This document shows positions 15,001 through 31,200 of a stretch of DNA of 64,000 nt, piece by piece. Under the pieces are notes generated by a model. The model saw nothing but the letters and a program-made list of their open reading frames with translations, searched no databases and was not told where the DNA came from. Source of the stretch: Eledone cirrhosa. Taxonomy: Eukaryota. The DNA lies in NCBI GenBank assembly GCA_964016885.1, contig CAXHJY010001634.1:1-64000 (forward strand), given 5' to 3'. Every line of letters begins with the position of its first letter. The first letter of the stretch is position 1. Position numbers and translations under genes: made by a program.

Positions 15001-18000
15001 CAACAACAACAACAGCGGCACCAATGTCTACAACAACAGCAACAACAGCGGCACCAGTGTCTACAACAACAACAGCGGCACCAATGTCTACAACAACATC
15101 AACACCGGCACCAATGTCTACAACAACAACAACAGCGGCACCAATGTCTACAACAACAACAACAGCGGCACCAATTTCTACAACAACAACAACAGCGGCA
15201 CCAATGTCTACAACAACAACAACAGCGGCACCAATGTCTACAACAACAACAACACCGGCACCAATGTCTACAACAACAACAACAGCGGCACCAATGTCTA
15301 CAACAACAACAACAGCGGCACCAATGTCTACAACAACAACAACAACAGCGGCACCAATGTCTACAACAACAACAACAACAACGGCACCAATGTCTACAAC
15401 AACAACAGCGGCACCAATGTCTACAACAACAACAACAGCGGCACCAATGTCTACAACAACAGCAACAACAGCGGCACCAGTGTCTACAACAACAACAGCG
15501 GCACCAATGTCTACAACAACAACAACACCGGCACCAATGTCTACAACAACAACAACAACAGCGGCACCAATGTCTACAACAACAACAACAGCGGCACCAA
15601 TGTCTACAACAACAACAACAGCGGCACCAATGTCTACAACAACAACAACAGCGGCACCAATGTCTACAACAACAACAACAGCGGCACCAATGTCTACAAC
15701 AACAACAACACCGGCACCAATGTCTACAACAACAACAACAACAGCGGCACCAATGTCTACAACAACAACAACAGCGGCACCAATGTCTACAACAACAACA
15801 ACACCGGCACCAATGTCTACAACAACAACAACAGCGGCACCAATGTCTACAACAACAACAACAGCGGCACCAATGTCTACAACAACAACAACAGCGGCAC
15901 CAATGTCTACAACAACAACACCGGCACCAATGTCTACAACAACAACAGCGGCACTAATGTCTACAACAACAACAACAACAGCGGCACCAATGTCTACAAC
16001 AACAACACGGGCACCAATGTCTACAACAACAACAACAGCGGCACCAATGTCTACAACAACAACAAAACCGGCACCAATGTCTACAACAACAACAACAGCG
16101 GCACCAATGTCTACAACAACAACAACACCGGCACCAATGTCTACAACAACAACAACAGCGGCACCAATGTCTACAACAACAACAACAGCGGCACCAATGT
16201 CTACAACAACAACAACACAGACACCAATGTCTACAACAACAACAACACAGGCACCAATGTCTACAACAACAACAACAACAGCGTCACCAATGTCTACAAC
16301 AACAACAACAGCGGCACCAATGTCTACAACAACAACAACAACAACAGCGGCACCAATGTCTACAACAACAACAACACCGGCACCAATGTCTACAACAACA
16401 ACAACAGCGGCACCAATGTCTACAACAACAACAACAACAACAACAGCGGCACCAATGTCTACAACAACAACAATAACAGCGGCACCAATGTCTACAACAA
16501 CAACAACAGCGGCACCAATGTCTACAACAACAACAACAACAACAGCGGCACCAATGTCTACAACAACAACAACAGCGGCACCAATGTCTACAACAACAAC
16601 AACAGCGGCACCAATGTCTACAACAACAACAACAACAGCGGCACCAATGTCTACAACAACAACAACAGCGGCACCAACGTCTACAACAACAACAACAGCG
16701 GCACCAATGTCTACAACAACAACAACAGCGGCACCAATGTCTACAACAACAACAACACCGGCACCAATGTCTACAACAACAGCAACAACAGCGGCACCAA
16801 TGTCTACAACAACAACAACAACAGCGGCACCAACGTCTACAACAACAACAACAGCGGCACCAATGTCTACAACAACAACAACAACACCGGCACCAATTTC
16901 TACAACAACAACAACAGCGGCACCAATGTCTACAACGACAACAACAGCGGCACCAATGTCTACAACAACAACAACACCGGCACCAATGTCTACAACAACA
17001 ACAACAGCGGCACCAATGTCTACAACAACAACAACAGCGGCACCAATGTCTACAACAACAACAACAACAGCGGCACCAATGTCTACAACAACAACAACAA
17101 CAACGGCACCAATGTCTACAACAACAACAGCGGCACCAATGTCTACAACAACAACAACAGCGGCACCAATGTCTACAACAACAGCAACAACAGCGGCACC
17201 AGTGTCTACAACAACAACAGCGGCACCAATGTCTACAACAACAACAACACCGGCACCAATGTCTACAACAACAACAACAACAGCGGCACCAATGTCTACA
17301 ACAACAACAACAGCGGCACCAATGTCTACAACAACAACAACAGCGGCACCAATGTCTACAACAACAACAACAGCGGCACCAATGTCTACAACAACAACAA
17401 CAGCGGCACCAATGTCTACAACAACAACAACACCGGCACCAATGTCTACAACAACAACAACAACAGCGGCACCAATGTCTACAACAACAACAACAGCGGC
17501 ACCAATGTCTACAACAACAACAACACCGGCACCAATGTCTACAACAACAACAACAGCGGCACCAATGTCTACAACAACAACAACAGCGGCACCAATGTCT
17601 ACAACAACAACAACAGCGGCACCAATGTCTACAACAACAACACCGGCACCAATGTCTACAACAACAACAACAGCGGCACTAATGTCTACAACAACAACAA
17701 CAACAGCGGCACCAATGTCTACAACAACAACACGGGCACCAATGTCTACAACAACAACAACAGCGGCACCAATGTCTACAACAACAACAAAACCGGCACC
17801 AATGTCTACAACAACAACAACAGCGGCACCAATGTCTACAACAACAACAACACCGGCACCAATGTCTACAACAACAACAACAGCGGCACCAATGTCTACA
17901 ACAACAACAACAGCGGCACCAATGTCTACAACAACAACAACACAGGCACCAATGTCTACAACAACAACAACACAGGCACCAATGTCTACAACAACAACAA

Positions 18001-19244
18001 CAACAGCGGCACCAATGTCTACAACAACAACAACAACAGCGGCACCAATGTCTACAACAACAACAACACCGGCACCAATGTCTACAACAACAACAACAGC
18101 GGCACCAATGTCTACAACAACAACAACAACACCGGCACCAATGTCTACAACAACAACAACAACAGCGGCACCAATGTCTACAACAACAACAACAACAGCG
18201 GCACCAATGTCTACAACAACAACAACAGCGGCACCAATGTCTACAACAACAACAACAATAGCGGCACCAATGTCTACAACAACAACAACAGCGGCACCAA
18301 TGTCTACAACAACAACAACAACAGCGGCACCAATGTCTACAACAACAACAACAGCGGCACCAACGTCTACAACAACAACAACAGCGGCACCAATGTCTAC
18401 AACAACAACAACAGCTGCACCAATGTCTACAACAACAACAACACCGGCACCAATGTCTACAACAACAGCAACAACAGCGGCACCAATGTCTACAACAACA
18501 ACAACAGCGGCACCAATGTCTACAACAACAACAACAGCGGCACCAATGTCTACAACAACAACAACACAGGCACCAATGTCTACAACAACAACAACACCGG
18601 CACCAATGTCTACAACAACAACATCAGCGGCACCAATGTCTACAACAACAACAACACCGGCACCAATGTCTACAACAACAACATCAGCGGCACCAATGTC
18701 TACAACAACAACAACACCGGCACCAATATCTACAACAACAACAACAGCGGCACCAATGTCTACAACAACAACAACAGCGGCACCAATGTCTACAACAACA
18801 ACACCGGCACCAATGTCTACAACAACAACAACAGCGGCACCAATGTCTACAACAACAACATCAGCGGCACCAATGTCTACAACAACAACATCAGCGGCAC
18901 CAATGTCTACAACAACAACAACAGCGGCACCAATGTCTACAACAACAACAACACCGGCACCAATGTCTACAACAACAACATCAGCGGCACCAATGTCTAC
19001 AACAACAACAACAGCGGCACCAATGTCTACAACAACAACAACACCGGCACCAATGTCTACAACAACAACAACAGCGGCACCAATGTCTACAACAACAACA
19101 ACAACAACAACACCGGCACCAATGTCTACAACAACAACAACAACAACAACACCGGCACCAATGTCTACAACAACAACAACAGCGGCACCAATGTCTACAA
19201 CAACAACAACAACAACAACACCGGCACCAATGTCTACAACAACA
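3..19244 (+). CDS. Possible mucin-like PTS tandem-repeat coding segment, part 1 (frame +3, 6,414 codons, (A/P)APMSTTTTT repeats, 5'-partial)
   Basis: GCG/CCG GCA CCA ATG TCT (ACA)n translates to A/P-A-P-M-S-T4-8, and I saw no stop codon. A Thr/Ser/Pro/Ala-dominated composition is typical of O-glycosylated mucin domains. No start context, signal peptide, Cys-rich or VWD domain, or splice site is visible, so coding status is inferred only. Confidence 0.4.
15170..18480. repeat. Tandem duplication of about 1.72 kb nested inside larger repeats
   Basis: AATTTC 15173/16895 and ACTAAT 15955/17680. The same doublet reappears at about 29484/31197 and 58245/59931. Confidence 0.8.
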
Positions 19245-19246
19245 AA
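19244..19246 (+). other. Single-base insertion (AAC AAAC AAC), the only net frame break seen in the array
   Basis: Positions 19241-19250 read aacaaacaac. The unit ATG phase is 0 mod 3 before this point and 1 mod 3 after it. The paralogous unit at about 33560-33590 has a clean (AAC)4. Confidence 0.93.
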
Positions 19247-22200
19247 CAACACCGGCACCAATGTCTACAACAACAACAACAGCGGCACCAATGTCTACAA
19301 CAACAACAACAACAGCGGCACCAATGTCTACAACAACAACAACAACAGCGGCACCAATGTCTACAACAACAACAACAACAGCGGCACCAATGTCTACAAC
19401 AACAACAACAACACTGGCACCAATGTCTACAACAACAGCAACAACAGCGGCACCAATGTCTACAACAACAACAACAACACCGGCACCAATGTCTACAACA
19501 ACAACAACAACACCGGCACCAATGTCTACAACAACAGCAACAACAGCGGCACCAATGTCTACAACAACAACAACAACACCGGCACCAATGTCTACAACAA
19601 CAGCAACAACAGCGGCACCAATGTCTACAACAACAACAACAACACCGGCACCAATGTCTACAACAACAACAACAACAGCGGCACCAATGTCTACAACAAC
19701 AACAACAACACCGGCACCAATGTCTACAACAACAACAACAACACCGGCACCAATGTCTACAACAACAACAACAACAGCGGCACCAATGTCTACAACAACA
19801 ACAACAACACCGGCACCAATGTCTACAACAACAACAACAACACCGGCACCAATGTCTACAACAACAACAACAACACCGGCACCAATGTCTACAACAACAA
19901 CAACAACACCGGCACCAATGTCTACAACAACAACAACAACACCGGCACCAATGTCTACAACAACAACAACAACACCGGCACCAATGTCTACAACAACAAC
20001 AACAACAGCGGCACCAATGTCTACAACAACAACAACAACAGCGGCACCAATGTCTACAACAACAACAACAACAGCGGCACCAATGTCTACAACAACAACA
20101 ACAACAGCGGCACCAATGTCTACAACAACAACAACAACAGCGGCACCAATGTCTACAACAACAACAACAACAGCGGCACCAATGTCTACAACAACAACAA
20201 CAACAGTGGCACCAATGTCTACAACAACAACAACAGCGGCACCAATGTCTACAACAACAACAACAGCGGCACCAATGTCTACAACAACAACAACAGCGGC
20301 ACCAATGTCTACAACAACAACAACAGCGGCACCAATGTCTACAACAACAACAACAACAACAACAGCGGCACCAATGTCTACAACAACAACAACAACAACA
20401 ACAGCGGCACCAATGTCTACAACAACAACAATAACAGCGGCACCAATGTCTACAACAACAACAACAGCGGCACCAATGTCTACAACAACAACAACAACAC
20501 CGGCACCAATGTCTACAACAACAATAACAACAGCGGCACCAATGTCTACAACAACAACAACAACACCGGCACCAATGTCTACAACAACAACAACAGCGGC
20601 ACCAATGTCTACAACAACAACAACAGCGGCACCAATGTCTACAACAACAACAACAACAGCGGCACCAATGCCTACAACAACAACAACAGCGGCACCAATG
20701 TCTACAACAACAACAACAACAGCGGCACCAATGTCTACAACAACAACAACAACAGCGGCACCAATGTCTACAACAACAACAACAACAGCGGCACCAATGT
20801 CTACAACAACAACAACAACAGCGGCACCAATGTCTACAACAACAACAACAACAGCGGCACCAATGTCTACAACAACAACAACAACACCGGCACCAATGTC
20901 TACAACAACAACAACAACACCGGCACCAATGTCTACAACAACAACAACAGCGGCACCAATGTCTACAACAACAACAACAACAGCGGCACCAATGTCTACA
21001 ACAACAACAACAACAACAGCGGCACCAATGTCTACAACAACAACAACAACAGCGGCACCAATGTCTACAACAACAACAACAACACCGGCACCAATGTCTA
21101 CAACAACAACAAAAGCGGCACCAATGTCTACAACAACAACAACAACACCGGCACCAATGTCTACAACAACAACAACAACAGCGGCACCAATGTCTACAAC
21201 AACAACAACAGCGGCACCAATGTCTACAACAACAACAACAACAGCGGCACCAATGTCTACAACAACAACAACAACAACAACAGCGGCACCAATGTCTACA
21301 ACAACAACAACAACACCGGCACCAATGTCTACAACAACAACAACAACAGTGGCACCAATGTCTACAACAACAACAACAGCGGCACCAATGTCTACAACAA
21401 CAACAACAACACCGGCACCAATGTCTACAACAACAACAACAACAGCGGCACCAATGTCTACAACAACAACAACAGCGGCACCAATGTCTACAACAACAAC
21501 AACAACAGCGGCACCAATGTCTACAACAACAACAACAACAACAACAACAGCGGCACCAATGTCTACAACAACAACAACAACACCGGCACCAATGTCTACA
21601 ACAACAACAACAGCGGCACCAATGTCTACAACAACAACAACAACAGCGGCACCAATGTCTACAACAACAACAACAACAACAACAGCGGCACCAATGTCTA
21701 CAACAACAACAACAACACCGGCACCAATGTCTACAACAACAACAACAGCGGCACCAATGTCTACAACAACAACAACAACACCGGCACCAATGTCTACAAC
21801 AACAACAACAGCGGCACCAATGTCTACAACAACAACAACAACAGCGGCACCAATGTCTACAACAACAACAACAACAACAACAGCGGCACCAATGTCTACA
21901 ACAACAACAACAACACCGGCACCAATGTCTACAACAACAACAACAGCGGCACCAATGTCTACAACAACTACAACAACAGCGGCACCAATGTCTACAACAA
22001 CAACAACAACAGCGGCACCAATGTCTACAACAACAACAACAACTCCGGCACCAATGTCTACAACAACAACAGCGGCACCAATGTCTACAACAACAACAAC
22101 AGCGGCACCAATGTCTACAACAACAACAACAGCGGCACCAATGTCTACAACAACAACAACACCGGCACCAATGTCTACAACAACAACAACAACACCGGCA

Positions 22201-25200
22201 CCAATGTCTACAACAACAACAACAGCGGCACCAATGTCTACAACAACAACAACACCGGCACCAATGTCTACAACAACAACAGTGGCACCAATGTCTACAA
22301 CAACAACAACACCGGCACCAATGTCTACAACAACAACAACACCGGCACCAATGTCTACAACAACAACAACAACAGCAGCACCAATGTCTACAACAACAAC
22401 AACAGCAGCACCAATGTCTACAACAACAACAACAGCGGCACCAATGTCTACAACAACAACAACAGCGGCACCAATGTCTACAACAACAACAACAGCGGCA
22501 CCAATGTCTACAACAACAACAGCGGCACCAATGTCTACAACAACAACAACAGCGGCACCAATGTCTACAACAACAACAACAGCGGCACCAATGTCTACAA
22601 CAACAACAACAGCGGCACCAATGTCTACAACAACAACAACAGCGGCACCAATGTCTACAACAACAACAACAACACCGGCACCAATGTCTACAACAACAAC
22701 AACAGCGGCACCAATGTCTACAACAACAACAACACCGGCACCAATGTCTACAACAACAACAACAGCGGCACCAATGTCTACAACAACAACAATAACAGCG
22801 ACACCAATGTCTACAACAACAACAACAGCGGCACCAATGTCTACAACAACAACAACAACACCGGCACCAATATCTACAACAACAACAACAGCGGCACCAA
22901 TGTCTACAACAACAACAACAGCGGCACCAATGTCTACAACAGCAACAACAGCGGCACCAATGTCTACAACAACAACAACAGCGGCACCAATGTCTACAAC
23001 AACAACAACAGCGGCACCAATGTCTACAACAACAACAACAACACCGGCACCAATGTCTACAACAACAACAACAGCGGCACCAATGTCTACAACAACAGCA
23101 ACAACAGCGGCACCAATGTCTACAACAACAACAGCGGCACCAATGTCTACAACAACAACAACAACACCGGCACCAATGTCTACAACAACAACAACAGCGG
23201 CACCAATGTCTACAACAACAACAACAGCGGCACCAATGTCTACAACAACAACAACAGCGGCACTAATGTCTACAACAACAGCAACAACAGCGGCACCAAT
23301 GCCTACAACAACAACAGCGGCACCAATGTCTACAACAACAACAATAACAGCGGCACCAATGTCTACAACAACAACAACAGCGGCACCAATGTCTACAACA
23401 ACAGCAACAACAGCGGCACCAGTGTCTACAACAACAACAGCGGCACCAATGTCTACAACAACATCAACACCGGCACCAATGTCTACAACAACAACAACAG
23501 CGGCACCAATGTCTACAACAACAACAACAGCGGCACCAATTTCTACAACAACAACAACAGCGGCACCAATGTCTACAACAACAACAACAGCGGCACCAAT
23601 GTCTACAACAACAACAACACCGGCACCAATGTCTACAACAACAACAACAGCGGCACCAATGTCTACAACAACAACAACAGCGGCACCAATGTCTACAACA
23701 ACAACAACAACAGCGGCACCAATGTCTACAACAACAACAACAACAACGGCACCAATGTCTACAACAACAACAGCGGCACCAATGTCTACAACAACAACAA
23801 CAGCGGCACCAATGTCTACAACAACAGCAACAACAGCGGCACCAGTGTCTACAACAACAACAGCGGCACCAATGTCTACAACAACAACAACACCGGCACC
23901 AATGTCTACAACAACAACAACAACAGCGGCACCAATGTCTACAACAACAACAACAGCGGCACCAATGTCTACAACAACAACAACAGCGGCACCAATGTCT
24001 ACAACAACAACAACAGCGGCACCAATGTCTACAACAACAACAACAGCGGCACCAATGTCTACAACAACAACAACACCGGCACCAATGTCTACAACAACAA
24101 CAACAACAGCGGCACCAATGTCTACAACAACAACAACAGCGGCACCAATGTCTACAACAACAACAACACCGGCACCAATGTCTACAACAACAACAACAGC
24201 GGCACCAATGTCTACAACAACAACAACAGCGGCACCAATGTCTACAACAACAACAACAGCGGCACCAATGTCTACAACAACAACACCGGCACCAATGTCT
24301 ACAACAACAACAGCGGCACTAATGTCTACAACAACAACAACAACAGCGGCACCAATGTCTACAACAACAACACGGGCACCAATGTCTACAACAACAACAA
24401 CAGCGGCACCAATGTCTACAACAACAACAAAACCGGCACCAATGTCTACAACAACAACAACAGCGGCACCAATGTCTACAACAACAACAACACCGGCACC
24501 AATGTCTACAACAACAACAACAGCGGCACCAATGTCTACAACAACAACAACAGCGGCACCAATGTCTACAACAACAACAACACAGGCACCAATGTCTACA
24601 ACAACAACAACACAGGCACCAATGTCTACAACAACAACAACAACAGCGGCACCAATGTCTACAACAACAACAACAGCGGCACCAATGTCTACAACAACAA
24701 CAACAACAACAGCGGCACCAATGTCTACAACAACAACAACACCGGCACCAATGTCTACAACAACAACAACAGCGGCACCAATGTCTACAACAACAACAAC
24801 AACACCGGCACCAATGTCTACAACAACAACAACAACAGCGGCACCAATGTCTACAACAACAACAACAACAGCGGCACCAATGTCTACAACAACAACAACA
24901 GCGGCACCAATGTCTACAACAACAACAACAGCGGCACCAATGTCTACAACAACAACAACAGCGGCACCAATGTCTACAACAACAACAACAACAGCGGCAC
25001 CAATGTCTACAACAACAACAACAGCGGCACCAACGTCTACAACAACAACAACAGCGGCACCAATGTCTACAACAACAACAACAGCGGCACCAATGTCTAC
25101 AACAACAACAACACCGGCACCAATGTCTACAACAACAGCAACAACAGCGGCACCAATGTCTACAACAACAACAACAACAGCGGCACCAACGTCTACAACA

Positions 25201-28200
25201 ACAACAACAGCGGCACCAATGTCTACAACAACAACAACAACACCGGCACCAATTTCTACAACAACAACAACAGCGGCACCAATGTCTACAACAACAACAA
25301 CAGCGGCACCAATGTCTACAACAACAACAACACCGGCACCAATGTCTACAACAACAACAACAGCGGCACCAATGTCTACAACAACAACAACAGCGGCACC
25401 AATGTCTACAACAACAACAACAACAGCGGCACCAATGTCTACAACAACAACAACAACAACGGCACCAATGTCTACAACAACAACAGCGGCACCAATGTCT
25501 ACAACAACAACAACAGCGGCACCAATGTCTACAACAACAGCAACAACAGCGGCACCAGTGTCTACAACAACAACAGCGGCACCAATGTCTACAACAACAA
25601 CAACACCGGCACCAATGTCTACAACAACAACAACAACAGCGGCACCAATGTCTACAACAACAACAACAGCGGCACCAATGTCTACAACAACAACAACAGC
25701 GGCACCAATGTCTACAACAACAACAACAGCGGCACCAATGTCTACAACAACAACAACAGCGGCACCAATGTCTACAACAACAACAACACCGGCACCAATG
25801 TCTACAACAACAACAACAACAGCGGCACCAATGTCTACAACAACAACAACAACAGCGGCACCAATGTCTACAACAACAACAACAACAGCGGCACCAATGT
25901 CTACAACAACAACAACAACACCGGCACCAATGTCTACAACAACAACAACAACAGCGGCACCAATGTCTACAACAACAACAACAACAGCGGCACCAATGTC
26001 TACAACAACAACAACAACAGCGGCACCAATGTCTACAACAACAACAACAACAGCGGCACCAATGTCTACAACAACAACAACAACAGCGGCACCAATGTCT
26101 ACAACAACAACAACAACAGCGGCACCAATGTCTACAACAACAACAACAACAGTGGCACCAATGTCTACAACAACAACAACAGCGGCACCAATGTCTACAA
26201 CAACAACAACAGCGGCACCAATGTCTACAACAACAACAACAGCGGCACCAATGTCTACAACAACAACAACAGCGGCACCAATGTCTACAACAACAACAAC
26301 AACAACAACAGCGGCACCAATGTCTACAACAACAACAACAACAACAACAGCGGCACCAATGTCTACAACAACAACAATAACAGCGGCACCAATGTCTACA
26401 ACAACAACAACAGCGGCACCAATGTCTACAACAACAACAACAACACCGGCACCAATGTCTACAACAACAATAACAACAGCGGCACCAATGTCTACAACAA
26501 CAACAACAACACCGGCACCAATGTCTACAACAACAACAACAGCGGCACCAATGTCTACAACAACAACAACAGCGGCACCAATGTCTACAACAACAACAAC
26601 AACAGCGGCACCAATGCCTACAACAACAACAACAGCGGCACCAATGTCTACAACAACAACAACAACAGCGGCACCAATGTCTACAACAACAACAACAACA
26701 GCGGCACCAATGTCTACAACAACAACAACAACAGCGGCACCAATGTCTACAACAACAACAACAACAGCGGCACCAATGTCTACAACAACAACAACAACAG
26801 CGGCACCAATGTCTACAACAACAACAACAACACCGGCACCAATGTCTACAACAACAACAACAACACCGGCACCAATGTCTACAACAACAACAACAGCGGC
26901 ACCAATGTCTACAACAACAACAACAACAGCGGCACCAATGTCTACAACAACAACAACAACAACAGCGGCACCAATGTCTACAACAACAACAACAACAGCG
27001 GCACCAATGTCTACAACAACAACAACAACACCGGCACCAATGTCTACAACAACAACAAAAGCGGCACCAATGTCTACAACAACAACAACAACACCGGCAC
27101 CAATGTCTACAACAACAACAACAACAGCGGCACCAATGTCTACAACAACAACAACAGCGGCACCAATGTCTACAACAACAACAACAACAGCGGCACCAAT
27201 GTCTACAACAACAACAACAACAACAACAGCGGCACCAATGTCTACAACAACAACAACAACACCGGCACCAATGTCTACAACAACAACAACAACAGTGGCA
27301 CCAATGTCTACAACAACAACAACAGCGGCACCAATGTCTACAACAACAACAACAACACCGGCACCAATGTCTACAACAACAACAACAACAGCGGCACCAA
27401 TGTCTACAACAACAACAACAGCGGCACCAATGTCTACAACAACAACAACAACAGCGGCACCAATGTCTACAACAACAACAACAACAACAACAACAGCGGC
27501 ACCAATGTCTACAACAACAACAACAACACCGGCACCAATGTCTACAACAACAACAACAGCGGCACCAATGTCTACAACAACAACAACAACAGCGGCACCA
27601 ATGTCTACAACAACAACAACAACAACAACAGCGGCACCAATGTCTACAACAACAACAACAACACCGGCACCAATGTCTACAACAACAACAACAGCGGCAC
27701 CAATGTCTACAACAACAACAACAACACCGGCACCAATGTCTACAACAACAACAACAGCGGCACCAATGTCTACAACAACAACAACAACAGCGGCACCAAT
27801 GTCTACAACAACAACAACAACAACAACAGCGGCACCAATGTCTACAACAACAACAACAACACCGGCACCAATGTCTACAACAACAACAACAGCGGCACCA
27901 ATGTCTACAACAACTACAACAACAGCGGCACCAATGTCTACAACAACAACAACAACAGCGGCACCAATGTCTACAACAACAACAACAACTCCGGCACCAA
28001 TGTCTACAACAACAACAGCGGCACCAATGTCTACAACAACAACAACAGCGGCACCAATGTCTACAACAACAACAACAGCGGCACCAATGTCTACAACAAC
28101 AACAACACCGGCACCAATGTCTACAACAACAACAACAACACCGGCACCAATGTCTACAACAACAACAACAGCGGCACCAATGTCTACAACAACAACAACA

Positions 28201-31200
28201 CCGGCACCAATGTCTACAACAACAACAGTGGCACCAATGTCTACAACAACAACAACACCGGCACCAATGTCTACAACAACAACAACACCGGCACCAATGT
28301 CTACAACAACAACAACAACAGCAGCACCAATGTCTACAACAACAACAACAGCAGCACCAATGTCTACAACAACAACAACAGCGGCACCAATGTCTACAAC
28401 AACAACAACAGCGGCACCAATGTCTACAACAACAACAACAGCGGCACCAATGTCTACAACAACAACAGCGGCACCAATGTCTACAACAACAACAACAGCG
28501 GCACCAATGTCTACAACAACAACAACAGCGGCACCAATGTCTACAACAACAACAACAGCGGCACCAATGTCTACAACAACAACAACAGCGGCACCAATGT
28601 CTACAACAACAACAACAACACCGGCACCAATGTCTACAACAACAACAACAGCGGCACCAATGTCTACAACAACAACAACACCGGCACCAATGTCTACAAC
28701 AACAACAACAGCGGCACCAATGTCTACAACAACAACAATAACAGCGACACCAATGTCTACAACAACAACAACAGCGGCACCAATGTCTACAACAACAACA
28801 ACAACACCGGCACCAATATCTACAACAACAACAACAGCGGCACCAATGTCTACAACAACAACAACAGCGGCACCAATGTCTACAACAGCAACAACAGCGG
28901 CACCAATGTCTACAACAACAACAACAGCGGCACCAATGTCTACAACAACAACAACAGCGGCACCAATGTCTACAACAACAACAACAACACCGGCACCAAT
29001 GTCTACAACAACAACAACAGCGGCACCAATGTCTACAACAACAGCAACAACAGCGGCACCAATGTCTACAACAACAACAGCGGCACCAATGTCTACAACA
29101 ACAACAACAACACCGGCACCAATGTCTACAACAACAACAACAGCGGCACCAATGTCTACAACAACAACAACAGCGGCACCAATGTCTACAACAACAACAA
29201 CAGCGGCACTAATGTCTACAACAACAGCAACAACAGCGGCACCAATGCCTACAACAACAACAGCGGCACCAATGTCTACAACAACAACAATAACAGCGGC
29301 ACCAATGTCTACAACAACAACAACAGCGGCACCAATGTCTACAACAACAGCAACAACAGCGGCACCAGTGTCTACAACAACAACAGCGGCACCAATGTCT
29401 ACAACAACATCAACACCGGCACCAATGTCTACAACAACAACAACAGCGGCACCAATGTCTACAACAACAACAACAGCGGCACCAATTTCTACAACAACAA
29501 CAACAGCGGCACCAATGTCTACAACAACAACAACAGCGGCACCAATGTCTACAACAACAACAACACCGGCACCAATGTCTACAACAACAACAACAGCGGC
29601 ACCAATGTCTACAACAACAACAACAGCGGCACCAATGTCTACAACAACAACAACAACAGCGGCACCAATGTCTACAACAACAACAACAACAACGGCACCA
29701 ATGTCTACAACAACAACAGCGGCACCAATGTCTACAACAACAACAACAGCGGCACCAATGTCTACAACAACAGCAACAACAGCGGCACCAGTGTCTACAA
29801 CAACAACAGCGGCACCAATGTCTACAACAACAACAACACCGGCACCAATGTCTACAACAACAACAACAACAGCGGCACCAATGTCTACAACAACAACAAC
29901 AGCGGCACCAATGTCTACAACAACAACAACAGCGGCACCAATGTCTACAACAACAACAACAGCGGCACCAATGTCTACAACAACAACAACAGCGGCACCA
30001 ATGTCTACAACAACAACAACACCGGCACCAATGTCTACAACAACAACAACAACAGCGGCACCAATGTCTACAACAACAACAACAGCGGCACCAATGTCTA
30101 CAACAACAACAACACCGGCACCAATGTCTACAACAACAACAACAGCGGCACCAATGTCTACAACAACAACAACAGCGGCACCAATGTCTACAACAACAAC
30201 AACAGCGGCACCAATGTCTACAACAACAACACCGGCACCAATGTCTACAACAACAACAGCGGCACTAATGTCTACAACAACAACAACAACAGCGGCACCA
30301 ATGTCTACAACAACAACACGGGCACCAATGTCTACAACAACAACAACAGCGGCACCAATGTCTACAACAACAACAAAACCGGCACCAATGTCTACAACAA
30401 CAACAACAGCGGCACCAATGTCTACAACAACAACAACACCGGCACCAATGTCTACAACAACAACAACAGCGGCACCAATGTCTACAACAACAACAACAGC
30501 GGCACCAATGTCTACAACAACAACAACACAGGCACCAATGTCTACAACAACAACAACACAGGCACCAATGTCTACAACAACAACAACAACAGCGGCACCA
30601 ATGTCTACAACAACAACAACAGCGGCACCAATGTCTACAACAACAACAACAACAACAGCGGCACCAATGTCTACAACAACAACAACACCGGCACCAATGT
30701 CTACAACAACAACAACAGCGGCACCAATGTCTACAACAACAACAACAACACCGGCACCAATGTCTACAACAACAACAACAACAGCGGCACCAATGTCTAC
30801 AACAACAACAACAACAGCGGCACCAATGTCTACAACAACAACAACAGCGGCACCAATGTCTACAACAACAACAACAGCGGCACCAATGTCTACAACAACA
30901 ACAACAGCGGCACCAATGTCTACAACAACAACAACAACAGCGGCACCAATGTCTACAACAACAACAACAGCGGCACCAACGTCTACAACAACAACAACAG
31001 CGGCACCAATGTCTACAACAACAACAACAGCGGCACCAATGTCTACAACAACAACAACACCGGCACCAATGTCTACAACAACAGCAACAACAGCGGCACC
31101 AATGTCTACAACAACAACAACAACAGCGGCACCAACGTCTACAACAACAACAACAGCGGCACCAATGTCTACAACAACAACAACAACACCGGCACCAATT

